A stretch of 64,000 bases of DNA from Candidatus Binatia bacterium (GCA_963664395.2 OY761159.2:3513710-3577709); one strand, 5' to 3'; positions 46,447 to 56,824 are shown, counted from the stretch's first letter. The notes: a model not told the origin generated them from the sequence alone. Numbers and translations are program-made.

Positions 46447-48763
46447 TCCGAACAGTCCCGATTACACCAACACCCCGGCCTCGGACCGGCGTCCGGGCTA
46501 TGGCTATCGCCCGGTTGATCCGACCGCCCCGCCGGTCGTGACCATCGTGACGCCGTATTGCAACACCGGGGCGATTTTTCATGAGACGGCGCGGTCCGTC
46601 TTGCGGCAGTCTTTCCAGCAGTGGGAATGGATCATTGTCAACGACGGTTCTACCGACCCGGAAGCGCTGGCTGTTCTCGACTCCTACCGCAACACAGACA
46701 CAAGGATTCGGATTATTGATCACAAGGTCAACCAGGGGCCCAGCGCCGGACGGAATACTGCGTATCGGGCCGCCCGTGCAGAGTACATCGTCCAGCTCGA
46801 TACGGACAATATGCTGGAGCCAACAGCTATAGAAAAATGGATCTGGCTATTGGAATCCTATCCCGAATTCGCGTTTGTGAAAGGCTACTCGGTCGGCTTT
46901 GATGCCCGTGAATATCTCTGGGATCAGGGATTCCACAACGGTGGCGTCTTCCTTGAACAGAATCTGGTGGACATCACCAGCGCGCTGCGGCGCAGCGTGC
47001 ATACTGCCGTCGGCGGCTATGACGAAACGATTCGAGGCGGACTGGAAGACTGGGACTTCTGGCTGCACTGCGCCAGTCAGGGCCATTGGGGCACAACGCT
47101 GCCGGAGTATCTCGACTGGTACCGCCGCCGCGATAATCACGGCGAGCGCTGGGATAACTGGGATGGTGGGAAGCGCGAGGCTGACTTTCGGAAACAACTG
47201 CGTCAGCGCTACCCGCGTCTCTGGGAAGATTTTCCTACCCCCCAAGCCGCGCCGCTTACGCCGTATGAAACCGTCTCCGATACCTTGCCGTGGGATAATC
47301 GACTCCAAAAGGAAAAACCCCGCCTGTTATTGATCGTGCCGTGGCTGGCCATGGGCGGGTCGGACAAGTTCAATCTGGATTTGCTCGGCCAACTCGTCCG
47401 GCGAGGCTGGGAAGTGACCATTGCCACAACGCTCAGCGGCGATCATCCCTGGCTGGCCCAATACGCTGGCTTGACGCCCGATATTTTTATCCTGTACCAT
47501 TTTCTTCGACCGGCGGACTATCCGCGCTTTGTGCGCTATCTGATCCACAGCCGGGAGATGGACGCCGTGCTCGTCTCGCATAGCGAATTCGGCTACCAAC
47601 TCCTGCCCTATCTGCGAGCGTATTTCCCCAGGCTGCCCTTGCTCGATTTTTGTCATATTGAAGAAGAGGCGTGGAAGAACGGCGGCTATCCGCAGATGTC
47701 GGTCACCTACCAGGAAACGCTTGATCGTAGCCTGGTTTCGTCGGAACATCTGAAAGGCTGGATGGCAGGGCGGGGTGCGGACCCGGCTGCCATCCAAGTC
47801 TGTCATACGAATATCGACGCCGACTATTGGCAGCCCGACGCCGAGCGGGGCCGCCGTGCCCGCCAGCAATACGATATTGCTGCATCAACGCCGCTGATTG
47901 TGTTTGTCGGACGCATCTGTGCGCAAAAACAACCGAAAGTACTGGCGCAGACAGCCCTCCGCCTTGCTCAGGACCGGACGGATTTCGTACTGGTGGTTGC
48001 CGGCGACGGGCCGGATTTTGGGTGGCTCAAGACTTTTATTCGCAAGCACCGGCTGGAGCGACAGGTCCGCCTTGTTGGGGCGTTGTCCAATACAGACATT
48101 AGGGACCTGCTGGCCGCGGCGGACATGTTCTTTCTCCCCTCCGAATGGGAGGGCATTGCGCTTTCGGTCTATGAAGCCCTGGCCTGCGGGGTGCCGGTTG
48201 TGGGGGCTGATGTGGGCGGACAGCGTGAGCTGGTCACGCCCGAATGCGGGGTGCTGATTGACCGTGAGTCGGAAGAAGACGAAGCCCGGCAGTATGCGAC
48301 CGTCCTGGCCCGACTGCTGGACGAGCCGGAGCAACGGAAAAGCATGGGCCGGCAGGGGCGTCAGCGTATTCTGGATCACTTTCGACTGGAGCAGATGACC
48401 GAGAACATTCTGGCAGCATACGAAGCAGCACGGCAGGAACGGGGCGCGGCCACCGCGCCGGTTCCCGGCCTTGGTCTCGGGCGCGCCTGTGCAACCCAAG
48501 CGGTGGAGTATCTGCGGATCACAACCGTGACGGACTGGCTCTGGCAGGAACAGGAGCAGGGCACTGGACAAGGGCAGGGAACGAGCTTGATTCCGGCCCA
48601 CCTTGTGGCCGCGTATGGCCACTCCTGGCGTACGGTATTGTATTTTTCGGTCCGGCGGATGTTCTTGCCGGTGTATACGGCCTTGCTCAAGACAAACCGT
48701 CCGTGGCTGTTATCCCTGAAAAATCGTCTCAAACGGCGCTTGCTCCGTGAGGGAACTCCATGA
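46439..48763 (+). CDS. Dual-domain glycosyltransferase (GT2 then GT4)
   Basis: Contains 'VTIVTPYCNTGAIFHETARSVLRQSFQQWEWIIVNDGSTD', 'IVQLDTDNM' and 'EWEGIALSVYEALACGVPVVGADVGGQRELV'. Confidence 0.85.
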   Translation: MIDPNSPDYTNTPASDRRPGYGYRPVDPTAPPVVTIVTPYCNTGAIFHETARSVLRQSFQQWEWIIVNDGSTDPEALAVLDSYRNTDTRIRIIDHKVNQGPSAGRNTAYRAARAEYIVQLDTDNMLEPTAIEKWIWLLESYPEFAFVKGYSVGFDAREYLWDQGFHNGGVFLEQNLVDITSALRRSVHTAVGGYDETIRGGLEDWDFWLHCASQGHWGTTLPEYLDWYRRRDNHGERWDNWDGGKREADFRKQLRQRYPRLWEDFPTPQAAPLTPYETVSDTLPWDNRLQKEKPRLLLIVPWLAMGGSDKFNLDLLGQLVRRGWEVTIATTLSGDHPWLAQYAGLTPDIFILYHFLRPADYPRFVRYLIHSREMDAVLVSHSEFGYQLLPYLRAYFPRLPLLDFCHIEEEAWKNGGYPQMSVTYQETLDRSLVSSEHLKGWMAGRGADPAAIQVCHTNIDADYWQPDAERGRRARQQYDIAASTPLIVFVGRICAQKQPKVLAQTALRLAQDRTDFVLVVAGDGPDFGWLKTFIRKHRLERQVRLVGALSNTDIRDLLAAADMFFLPSEWEGIALSVYEALACGVPVVGADVGGQRELVTPECGVLIDRESEEDEARQYATVLARLLDEPEQRKSMGRQGRQRILDHFRLEQMTENILAAYEAARQERGAATAPVPGLGLGRACATQAVEYLRITTVTDWLWQEQEQGTGQGQGTSLIPAHLVAAYGHSWRTVLYFSVRRMFLPVYTALLKTNRPWLLSLKNRLKRRLLREGTP

Positions 48764-49446
48764 GAGATGTGCGGGATACCTATATTAGCCAGGTTGCGGC
48801 TGGAAAATCGTTTGCCGATGTTGGCGGGCTGTGGGGGACCGTGAATGAAAAGGTTTCGGTTGCCCATACCCACGGCGCGCGGGCGCTGACCATGATCGAT
48901 GTCTCACCGCACGACAGTGAGCTGTGGGCATTGTTTGATGAGCGGCGGCGCACGCTCCGGCTGCCGACTGTTGAGTGTGTGAGCGGAGATATTCTGACCT
49001 TGGCAGAGGCAGACCCCCGCCCGCAGTTCGATGTCGTGCACTGTTCCGGAGTGCTGTATCACATGCCTGAGCCCATGCAGTTTTTACGTGCCCTACGCAA
49101 GATAACCCGTGAGGCCCTCGTCCTCACTTCGGCGATCACCGCGACTCGGGTCGAAAGCGCAAAAGGGATCCTTGAGATTCCTGCCGCGGCCATGCTGTGT
49201 ATCCCGGCCCTTCAAGGCCGAGAGCGTGAGATCGTGCAATCCTATTGGCGGGGCATTGTCGGCGATGGGGCGTTCGGCATCACTCAGGAGGTGGCGGAGT
49301 GGAGTTTTGAGGATTTCGGCCCCTGGTGGTGGCTGCCGACGGCTGAGGCGCTCAGAGCTATGTGTGAGGTGGCCGGGTTCCGCCATGAAGCCGGAGCGCC
49401 AAGTTGGAATGGTAATGCCTACACCTTGCGGCTGTCTGTGCGGTAG
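48760..49446 (+). CDS. Putative SAM-dependent methyltransferase
   Basis: 228 aa with 'SFADVGGLWG' (motif-I-like) and 'FDVVHCSGVLYHMPEPMQFL'. The start overlaps the upstream stop. Confidence 0.6.
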   Translation: MRDVRDTYISQVAAGKSFADVGGLWGTVNEKVSVAHTHGARALTMIDVSPHDSELWALFDERRRTLRLPTVECVSGDILTLAEADPRPQFDVVHCSGVLYHMPEPMQFLRALRKITREALVLTSAITATRVESAKGILEIPAAAMLCIPALQGREREIVQSYWRGIVGDGAFGITQEVAEWSFEDFGPWWWLPTAEALRAMCEVAGFRHEAGAPSWNGNAYTLRLSVR

Positions 49447-49488
49447 AACATTCCGGTTTGTATTACATTGTAGGGGGGGAGTTTCAAA

Positions 49489-52140
49489 TCATGGCTCTTC
49501 AGCAGCGAGTTTATCGCCCACATGAAGCCTAATGGCCGGAGGGAGTAACCTGTCGTCGCGGAGCATGGGTGGATACTGAAGCTCGGAGACACGCCCGTCT
49601 TCTGACACAGCAAAGACACGCAGGGTCAGGGGAGAGCTTTTCGAGAAATTATCCAATGGCAAGGTATAGCGGAAGCCGGATTGGCGAAGTGCCGGTTTTC
49701 TAAAGTGGCTGGCTACGTCCGGTCGAACAACACCAAACCCACCAGCGTGAAAAAATTCTCCATTGACATAAACCCAGATCTCTTTAGCGATTTGAGTCTG
49801 TTCAACATCGGCCGCCCAGCCGGCCAACTCAAAATGTCCATCATGTATTTTGCCCAGATCGACCCAGCCTTGGAGGGAAGAGACGACTACCGGGTGAAGA
49901 GTTCCCTGTGGAGACATGATCATAGGTTGATTGGGAGAAGGATATGGGGGCAACTGGTCAAAAATTCCCGTGGGTCGTAGCAATGTAATCTTTTCGGCCG
50001 TCTTCGAAATAATAAATATTTCGATATCATTTGCGCCCTGCTGAAATGCTTCTTCTGCCACAATTGCAGACCAAGCTCCTGACTCACCTTTGACCGAGAA
50101 TTGCCATGGCCGGGTTACGGCCTGAATTGTGCCATTCACTGCGACCGCCAAGGTATGGGTAGTCTTGGCGTCTTCTTGCGAACGGATTCGGCCGGTGATG
50201 TGAGCGGGAATAAAGGCTGATTCAATATCGACAGCAGCAAAGAGATCAGGAGAGTCATACTTGATAGAGATCGTATGGTCCTCTCTATGGTTAAAATCGG
50301 AGAGTGGACGACCGGTGAGAGAACGGGACTCGCCGTTGTGAATAAGCCCCAAATCCCGGGGAGATACATCCCCCGAAGTAAGACTAAGCTTATAGTCAAC
50401 GGACTCTTGCAGTATCTGCTGTGAAATAGGCACAAGGCTCAGGCGTTTGTCTATATCCTTGAACGAGAAAAAGGAGAGAGCTTCTCGCTTGTTGTTAGCA
50501 TTCAAGGCGGATTGTCCATCTGTTGGCCAGGGGAGTGTAACGCCTAAAAGCTCTGCCACGGTCGGCAAGATATCAGTTGTTTCGACGGAAGATTCGATCA
50601 GGAGTGCTTCCTGCTGGTATGGTGCCTTAATAAAGAATGGGACCAGGGCAATATCACCGTGATTAGTATCTGTCATTTGGCGATGAAACCCACCGGCTCG
50701 AAAATTGACTCCGTGGTCGGAGGTAATAATGATGAGAGAACGATCATAGAGGCCAACTTGACGAAGGTGAGCAAGTAGCTGTCCCAAAAGATTATCTACA
50801 AATTTGACTTGGAGAAGATAGCGTTGGTAGTTCTGCGCAATCGCCCATGTGTCATTCCCCCATTGAGCTTTACTGTGCTCAGAAAGCCCAGCGAGGTCTC
50901 TATCTCTGCTGTACAGTTTTCCTGACGGCAAATAGTTGTAAAGGACATGGGGGAGAAGAATATGAAGATAATGGAGGGTTGGTTGTGGTTGGGGCTTAAT
51001 GGCATTCGCAAATTCGGCAAACTGTTCAAAACGGTCAACCCACATACCCTCGGTTATGGAATCCCAAATATCTTTTTTGATTCGTGCTTTCCCCTTTTTG
51101 TCAATAGGAGAAGAAACAGGAATGTAGGGAGAAGGCGTTCCGCCAAAGTTCATCCAATTTTGGGTAATAGGGGGAAGCCATACACGTAGGTCCGACGGAA
51201 GGAGCAGATGAAGATAGACAATTGATAGGTCGGAGCCAAGGGCCACGAGGTGTTGAGGCAGACTGTCCTTCCTGGGCTTATTACAGAGTGCATCGGGACA
51301 GAGCATGGTGAAGGTACCGAATGTTTTAATTGTATAGGCGTCTTGCAAGAGGGTAAAAATGTTGTGGGGATGATCATTTGCTATAGGCAGAAGAGAAGAA
51401 TCTGGATATCGCCCTGTTAGTATAGCCGGGATCGCGTACAGTGTTGTGTCACTCACGGTGGTGGTATTTTTGAACCACGTTGCATTCTTCGCAAAAGCCG
51501 CGAAATTCGGATATTGAGCAGGGTCAATCTGCAAATCCTTGTCAAGCAGAGAGACCAAAGAGAACTCGTCAAAAACCACCATGACGATAGGCGGTGGATT
51601 GTCAATCTCGACTCCCGTAACAGCAACTTCTTCTTGAGAAAAAAGAATATTCGAGACCGGAGAGAAGAAGAGAAAGAGGGCTGGCACGAGCACCAGGCCG
51701 GGCGAGAGCAGGGTGAAAAATGTCCGTATCACGGGGAAGCGGTAATAGCCGACGACCGTGAGCAGGCCAATCAGACTAGCACTGGCAACGAGAATGGCAC
51801 CTGGCACATGTGGTACTGCCTGCACGACTTGAACTGCGAGGGCAGCCAAGCAAACTGCTAATAGACACAACAGCAGCCCAAGACTTACCCCTCTATGAAT
51901 CCAACTCATCACCCATGCCGGGAGCAGGAGCAGGGTAGGGAAGCCCAGGAACAGGAGCAGGACAAACAGGATGATATCGAGCGGGGCAGACTGGCGGATG
52001 ACAAAGAATTCAGCGTGACGAGACAGGAGATCGAATAACGGCTGCGTCACTGCGAAATTCCACACTATCAGGAAGTGCAGGCTGCACAGTGCAAGCCCTG
52101 GATAGCGGGATATGGGGAAGGCTGGTTGATGCTGGCTCAT
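49489..52140 (-). CDS. Membrane-anchored sulfatase / alkaline-phosphatase-superfamily transferase (LtaS/phospho-substituent transferase-like) with a C-terminal beta-rich extension
   Basis: 883 aa with N-terminal multi-TM segments, 'IVMVVFDEFSLVSLLD' and 'IIITSDHGVNF', plus about 350 extra C-terminal residues. Confidence 0.8.
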   Translation of the reverse strand: MSQHQPAFPISRYPGLALCSLHFLIVWNFAVTQPLFDLLSRHAEFFVIRQSAPLDIILFVLLLFLGFPTLLLLPAWVMSWIHRGVSLGLLLCLLAVCLAALAVQVVQAVPHVPGAILVASASLIGLLTVVGYYRFPVIRTFFTLLSPGLVLVPALFLFFSPVSNILFSQEEVAVTGVEIDNPPPIVMVVFDEFSLVSLLDKDLQIDPAQYPNFAAFAKNATWFKNTTTVSDTTLYAIPAILTGRYPDSSLLPIANDHPHNIFTLLQDAYTIKTFGTFTMLCPDALCNKPRKDSLPQHLVALGSDLSIVYLHLLLPSDLRVWLPPITQNWMNFGGTPSPYIPVSSPIDKKGKARIKKDIWDSITEGMWVDRFEQFAEFANAIKPQPQPTLHYLHILLPHVLYNYLPSGKLYSRDRDLAGLSEHSKAQWGNDTWAIAQNYQRYLLQVKFVDNLLGQLLAHLRQVGLYDRSLIIITSDHGVNFRAGGFHRQMTDTNHGDIALVPFFIKAPYQQEALLIESSVETTDILPTVAELLGVTLPWPTDGQSALNANNKREALSFFSFKDIDKRLSLVPISQQILQESVDYKLSLTSGDVSPRDLGLIHNGESRSLTGRPLSDFNHREDHTISIKYDSPDLFAAVDIESAFIPAHITGRIRSQEDAKTTHTLAVAVNGTIQAVTRPWQFSVKGESGAWSAIVAEEAFQQGANDIEIFIISKTAEKITLLRPTGIFDQLPPYPSPNQPMIMSPQGTLHPVVVSSLQGWVDLGKIHDGHFELAGWAADVEQTQIAKEIWVYVNGEFFHAGGFGVVRPDVASHFRKPALRQSGFRYTLPLDNFSKSSPLTLRVFAVSEDGRVSELQYPPMLRDDRLLPPAIRLHVGDKLAAEEP

Positions 52141-52155
52141 CTATACTCGTGCGCC

Positions 52156-53574
52156 TCACGCCTGGCGTTTACTCCGCGCGTAGTAGAGCCGGCGCGTGCC
52201 TGATTCGAGCGTCTCTTGCTGGTCAATTTCAAATGCGTCGGCCAGACAGCGCTCGAAATAGGTGGTCTCATAGTCCGTATAATGATCGGCCTTGTGCCGC
52301 AGCAGGGTTTGGACCATGGGGTCGTCTCGGGTGACGAATTCTATGACCAGATCAGAGCCGAGACTTGCCAGCCAAGAGACGAATTCTCCAAGTGGAATAT
52401 GAGCGCTGATAACCACATGGTGGAGCAAGGCCAGACATAAGGTCAGGTCGGGCGTGCCGCGCTCGATAAGTGCCTTGCGTTCCAGACCACGCCAGCCGAG
52501 ATTCGGGGTGGGGTCGGCCACGTTGCTGATGAGCGGCAGGATATTGGGCGCGTGTTCTTGCTTGAGCGCGTTATAGAAGCGTTCAATCACCAGAGCATCG
52601 ATATCCATTGCCAGCACATACTCCGCATTTTCCGCGGCAATGCGCGAAAACGTGCCGGTATTGCAGCCCAGGTCCCAGACCAGATTCCAGGGTCGGGAGT
52701 GGCTGATACGCCGCACGAAATCGGCCTTCTGCGCTTGCTCACGTTGCGTGTAGGGGAGGGCTTCTGTGTAGTCGGACCAGGTTGAGCGCGTCTGCTGCCA
52801 GGTCAGCTTGGCAACCTGTTTCCGCAGCCGACTGACATTGGCCTGGATCAACGCCTTATGAAAGCCGGCCTGGCGTAAATCTTTCTTGAGGTTGCGCTCC
52901 GTGTGGGCATAGGACGATTGGGCTTTGGCCTGGAGGATGACATGGGAAAGAATGCCCGGACGAAGCATATCTCTGAGCGACATGAGTTGCGCGCACTGGG
53001 CTGGTTCAATGCCTTCCAGATTGCCACGCAGCCAGGGCTGAAAGGGCACGTCTTTGTAGGCTTGCAGAAAGAGCGGATAGAGAAACAGTTGACAGAACTG
53101 GCGGTAGCCGACCCACGGTTCGCCGGGCCGCAGCCGCTCGAACGAGGGAATATCGATAAAGACCGGCCGGCTGCCGAACCATTGGACGTTGAAGGGCGTC
53201 GCGTCTTTGAGTGTCATGTCGGTACGCAGCGCGGCGTCCTGGAGTTCGAGGGTCAGCAGCGCGGCGTCCTGCAACATGCTGAACGACCACTCGTAGGGAT
53301 AGGAAATAAAGGGAATCGGCTGATGTTGTAAGACGACGGACCATTGTTCGTCTTTGGCCAAGGGCGAGGCGGCCAACTCAATCTGTTCGGTCCGGACCAG
53401 CTTGCCGGCTGTCATGAACTGCTGAAAAAAAGGCTTTGAGGTGAGGGCTTCCCACTCTTGGGCGGCATGCGGGTTGAGGCCGCGCAGGACCGCTCCGTCC
53501 CGGTAAAAGACCCGGTTGGTGCGGTCGCGGAACGAACCCGGCTCGAAGTCAGTCAAGTCGGTCAAGTCGGTCAT
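52156..53574 (-). CDS. Two-domain protein: N-terminal domain of unknown function plus a C-terminal class I SAM methyltransferase
   Basis: 472 aa with 'ISYPYEWSFSMLQDAALLTLEL', 'LKDATPFNVQW...FIDIPSF' and motif I 'VWDLGCNTGTFS'. Confidence 0.75.
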   Translation of the reverse strand: MTDLTDLTDFEPGSFRDRTNRVFYRDGAVLRGLNPHAAQEWEALTSKPFFQQFMTAGKLVRTEQIELAASPLAKDEQWSVVLQHQPIPFISYPYEWSFSMLQDAALLTLELQDAALRTDMTLKDATPFNVQWFGSRPVFIDIPSFERLRPGEPWVGYRQFCQLFLYPLFLQAYKDVPFQPWLRGNLEGIEPAQCAQLMSLRDMLRPGILSHVILQAKAQSSYAHTERNLKKDLRQAGFHKALIQANVSRLRKQVAKLTWQQTRSTWSDYTEALPYTQREQAQKADFVRRISHSRPWNLVWDLGCNTGTFSRIAAENAEYVLAMDIDALVIERFYNALKQEHAPNILPLISNVADPTPNLGWRGLERKALIERGTPDLTLCLALLHHVVISAHIPLGEFVSWLASLGSDLVIEFVTRDDPMVQTLLRHKADHYTDYETTYFERCLADAFEIDQQETLESGTRRLYYARSKRQA

Positions 53575-53601
53575 GGTGAGCGGGGAGAGAGGGGGGATGA
53601 T

Positions 53602-53871
53602 TTACTGCTGTTCAGGCGGAGCTTTAATCTCGATTTCCGAATCAACGGCTGGCGGTTCGGAGGCGGTGTCGGCTTCGGCCCGGCGCAGGCCAAACATTAC
53701 CAAGAGCTGCTGCCAGTAGAGTTTGAGCAACACGGCGAAGCCGGCCAGTCCGCCCAGCACGATCTGGAGCAGCATACTGCCGCTGCCCGGATCGAGATAG
53801 GCAAGGGCCGCAGGAGGCGCTACCAGGCTGAGGAACAAAACAATGAGGCTACAATGTCCAAGCTGTTGCAC
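53602..53871 (-). CDS. Small membrane protein (hypothetical)
   Basis: 89 aa with two hydrophobic segments around 'AYLDPGSGSMLLQIVLGGLAGFAVLL'. It is the first gene of the minus-strand trio. Confidence 0.55.
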   Translation of the reverse strand: MQQLGHCSLIVLFLSLVAPPAALAYLDPGSGSMLLQIVLGGLAGFAVLLKLYWQQLLVMFGLRRAEADTASEPPAVDSEIEIKAPPEQQ

Positions 53872-53987
53872 GCGCTACTCCCCCCGTGTGTCACGGCTAT
53901 TCGCATATCTGGCATATACATGTAACACGCGTGTAATAACTGATCCCGGACGTTTTCTCAATGGCGAGGATACTGAGGGGATGTGTT

Positions 53988-54033
53988 CTGCTCCCCTCCT
54001 TGGAGGGGTGGCCGTAGGCCGGGGTGGGTTCCT
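53988..54033. repeat. Family-A element (reverse orientation)
   Basis: Reads ctcccctccttggaggggtggccgtaggccggggtgggtt. Confidence 0.85.
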
Positions 54034-54149
54034 TAGGACAGGTGCATGTTGACTGTTTGGCGGTGGCTCTGGTAAATGTGGATACTGTGGAAAGATGGAA
54101 AAGTCGTATGTGGCAAGAGCGTGTATCACCGAGGGGTGAGGGGGAGAAA

Positions 54150-56774
54150 ATGAAAGCAATATTGACAGCAAAAGTAGGCATGTTCCTGGTTGTTTCCTCA
54201 GTCCTCGCAATATGGACGCTCCTGGCCGCCCAGCATGTTCAGGCGCACACGACAAGGAGTCTCTGTCCACTCCTAGTTGTAGCAGCCTTCCTAACGGCTG
54301 ACTGGATTTTTTGATGAGGGCAGATGGCCCGTATGCCTCAAGTAGCAGCACTTAACCAGCATTCCCCAGTCTCAACAAAGAAAGGAACCGGTGAAACCGG
54401 AGGGGTAATAAAAACTATTATCACTACGCCAAGATTACGGTCCCCGCACTGACGGCAGGGGAGCTGATGGTGTCTGATGCAACGAACCCCTGATGGTCCC
54501 TCGGACTGGATTCTCTGTCGGGGAAGACAAAGGATTGCGGAATCTCGACCGAGCTACACGACGGCCCATTGCCGAAAAACCAAGCCGACGCTAATGCCGC
54601 GGCCCAAGACCGAGCGCCGAAACCGGCCTTGTTAAGTGATTGCCGGATTCCTAACCCGCTGACCGGCTGACCAAACCGAGTGACATGCATAGCGCCGCTG
54701 CCGATGACGCCTTAAGCACAGCCGCCACCGCCTTGCTCGCCTCCGCCTTAAGGAAGCCGGACGCTGACCATGCGCCGCTGACGCCGACGCCGACGCTACG
54801 ACTGCTGCCGACCGCCGAGGGGCCGAAATGCCAGCACTGACGCTGGTCGCCGATACCGCCGGATGTCGCCACCGTGAACGGACTAAGCTCCGCGGCTCGC
54901 CTTGGAACCGCCGCCACCGCCTTACCACTGCCGCCACCGCCTTAGACCGCCGCCGACGCCTTAGACAGCCGTCATATGGATGTCGCATGTCCATTAACAC
55001 ATTGATCTCGTCGGGAGATGAAGAATATGTGGTGGTCGTTTCGGTCCCGGCAGGTAACCATGCCCTGCCATTGACCGTCTCGTTCGAAAGGCGTGATGGC
55101 TACTGCCGCGTGGATGATCAGAACGGACAGGACGAAGGCTCGTTTACGAGCCCGAATAATCAGCGGATTATCCGCACCCTCGATGACCACCGCCACCGAC
55201 CCTGGGCTCCTGACCGTGAAGACGACAGGGAGCGCGGTGGATACGAAGGAACACTTGCGGCTGTACCACCGGCTAGATCGTTGATGGACGAGGGTAGTGG
55301 GGGCAATTTTGAGATTGTTCTCACCAGTAAAGGCCGGATGCTACTACTTATACCTGTGATTGTAGAGGGGACAGACCCGCAGTGAGAGAGGGGATTACGG
55401 CCTGAAGGTGGAGTTCGGAGTCGCAACTTAGGTAATGATAGCGCCCCAGGTTCGAGTCATCGAAAGCGGACCAATACGCTCTGACGCCCGGTACCGATAA
55501 TGATGATCTTGAGATGCAGGGATTCCGGACGCGCGGATTACTTCTTTTTTACTTCTGAAGACCGGCTACGGATTCCTGACCGTAGAGACCAGAGGAAGCC
55601 CACGACGGTGTTACAACGGAGACGAACACCACAGGGACGCTCTTTTCACAACTGAAGGGCAGGTTGTGACGGACACTGATAGTGGCACTGGCAACAATTT
55701 CCTGATTCGTGCGCCAATCTCGCCGGGGATTACATTGTAGAGGTGAAGGGGTCGAGTTCATCCACGACAACAACGGACGAGGGGACTACGTGTTGGTGAA
55801 CGACCTCCGAAACGGCTACCACTCCTCGGGGATTGCCCTCATCGATGGGAGGCGGTACTACGGGATGCGACTGCGCAAGGCTGTTATTGCGCTACTGGAG
55901 CGGAGTGTGAACCCCCTACTCAATCAATGTCGACAAAGCAGGCACCCTGCAAGTGAAGACGACAGGGACATCGATACGATTGGGGTTCTCTATGGGCCGG
56001 ATGGCCAGCAGATTGCTGAGGACGATGATAGTGGCGACGGACATGAATTTCATGATTCACTCAGGCTGTCGAGGCCGGACAGTATATTGTGACGGTAGAG
56101 GGGAAGGCCGAGATACGGTGGGTGCTTACACCTTAGTGGTGAACTTCGTAGAGAGCATTGTTGTTGGGACGACAAACCAAGTGGCGGAGTTGGAGCAGGA
56201 GCGGGATACTGCGCTGGCAGAGCGGAATTGCGCGGACTGAGCGGGATGATTTGAGGAGGTGGATGATTTGAGGGACGAGGTCGCTCCGGTTACGGTCGAT
56301 GCGACGGGTAACTTGGGGAATCCTCCCAATGACGGTGGAGTCAGAAGCGGCATTGGGCTCATCTCGGGCTGGGTGTGTGCGGCCAATGAGTGTCGAGATT
56401 CGTATTTCTAATGCCCAAGGATTCTCAACAAGGCAACCCTGAATGCCGCGTATGGCACGACCCGACCCGATACGGTCGGGCAGTGTGGCATCAAGAGCCC
56501 CAATACCGGGTTTGGGATGACGTACAACTTCAATCATCTGGACGAGGGACATATACGATCGGAGCCTATGCGGACGGTCTCGACGAGCAGATTGGCCCGA
56601 GCCGCTACTTTTGAGGTCGTCCATCTCATGGACTTTGCAGCCATTGATGACGATAGATTCCTGCGAGGATTGAAGGGTGAGTGTCGCGCGGATGATTTCC
56701 CTGAAATGGGAGACAAGACGATTCTGGAGTGGGAACAGAGTATCCAGAACTTCGTGATTAGCGACGTGCAGTAA
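54150..56774 (+). pseudogene. Heavily frameshifted gene for a large secreted repeat protein (three PPC-like beta-sandwich repeats plus a C-terminal domain)
   Basis: Signal peptide 'MKAILTAKVGMFLVVSSVLAIWTLLAAQHVQA'. Motif strings are then scattered over all three + frames: 'LLTVKTTGSAVDT', 'DEGSGGNFEIVLTS', 'GDYGLKVEF', 'TDTDSGTGNNFLIRA', 'GDYIVEVKG', 'GTLQVKTTGTS', 'DTIGVLYGPDGQQIAEDDDSGDG', 'VEAGQYIVTVEG', 'GAYTLVVNF', 'GTYTIGAYADGLDEQIGPSRYF' and 'EVVHLMDFAAIDDDRFL...ISDVQ'. The stop at 56772-56774 is followed by a terminator. Confidence 0.55.
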
Positions 56775-56824
56775 ACCCTTCGGGGCAGGCCCCTGCGCCT
56801 GCCCTCATTCCTCTGCCGTAAAAC

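Noticed and set aside
54632-55000. Minus-strand Arg-rich and Gly-rich ORFs, and a possible glycine-rich protein ('GGGGSGKGGGGGS').
   Set aside because: The plus strand carries ordered domain motifs of the decayed repeat-protein gene. The minus-strand ORFs are mutually overlapping low-complexity artefacts of GCC/GCG-rich sequence.
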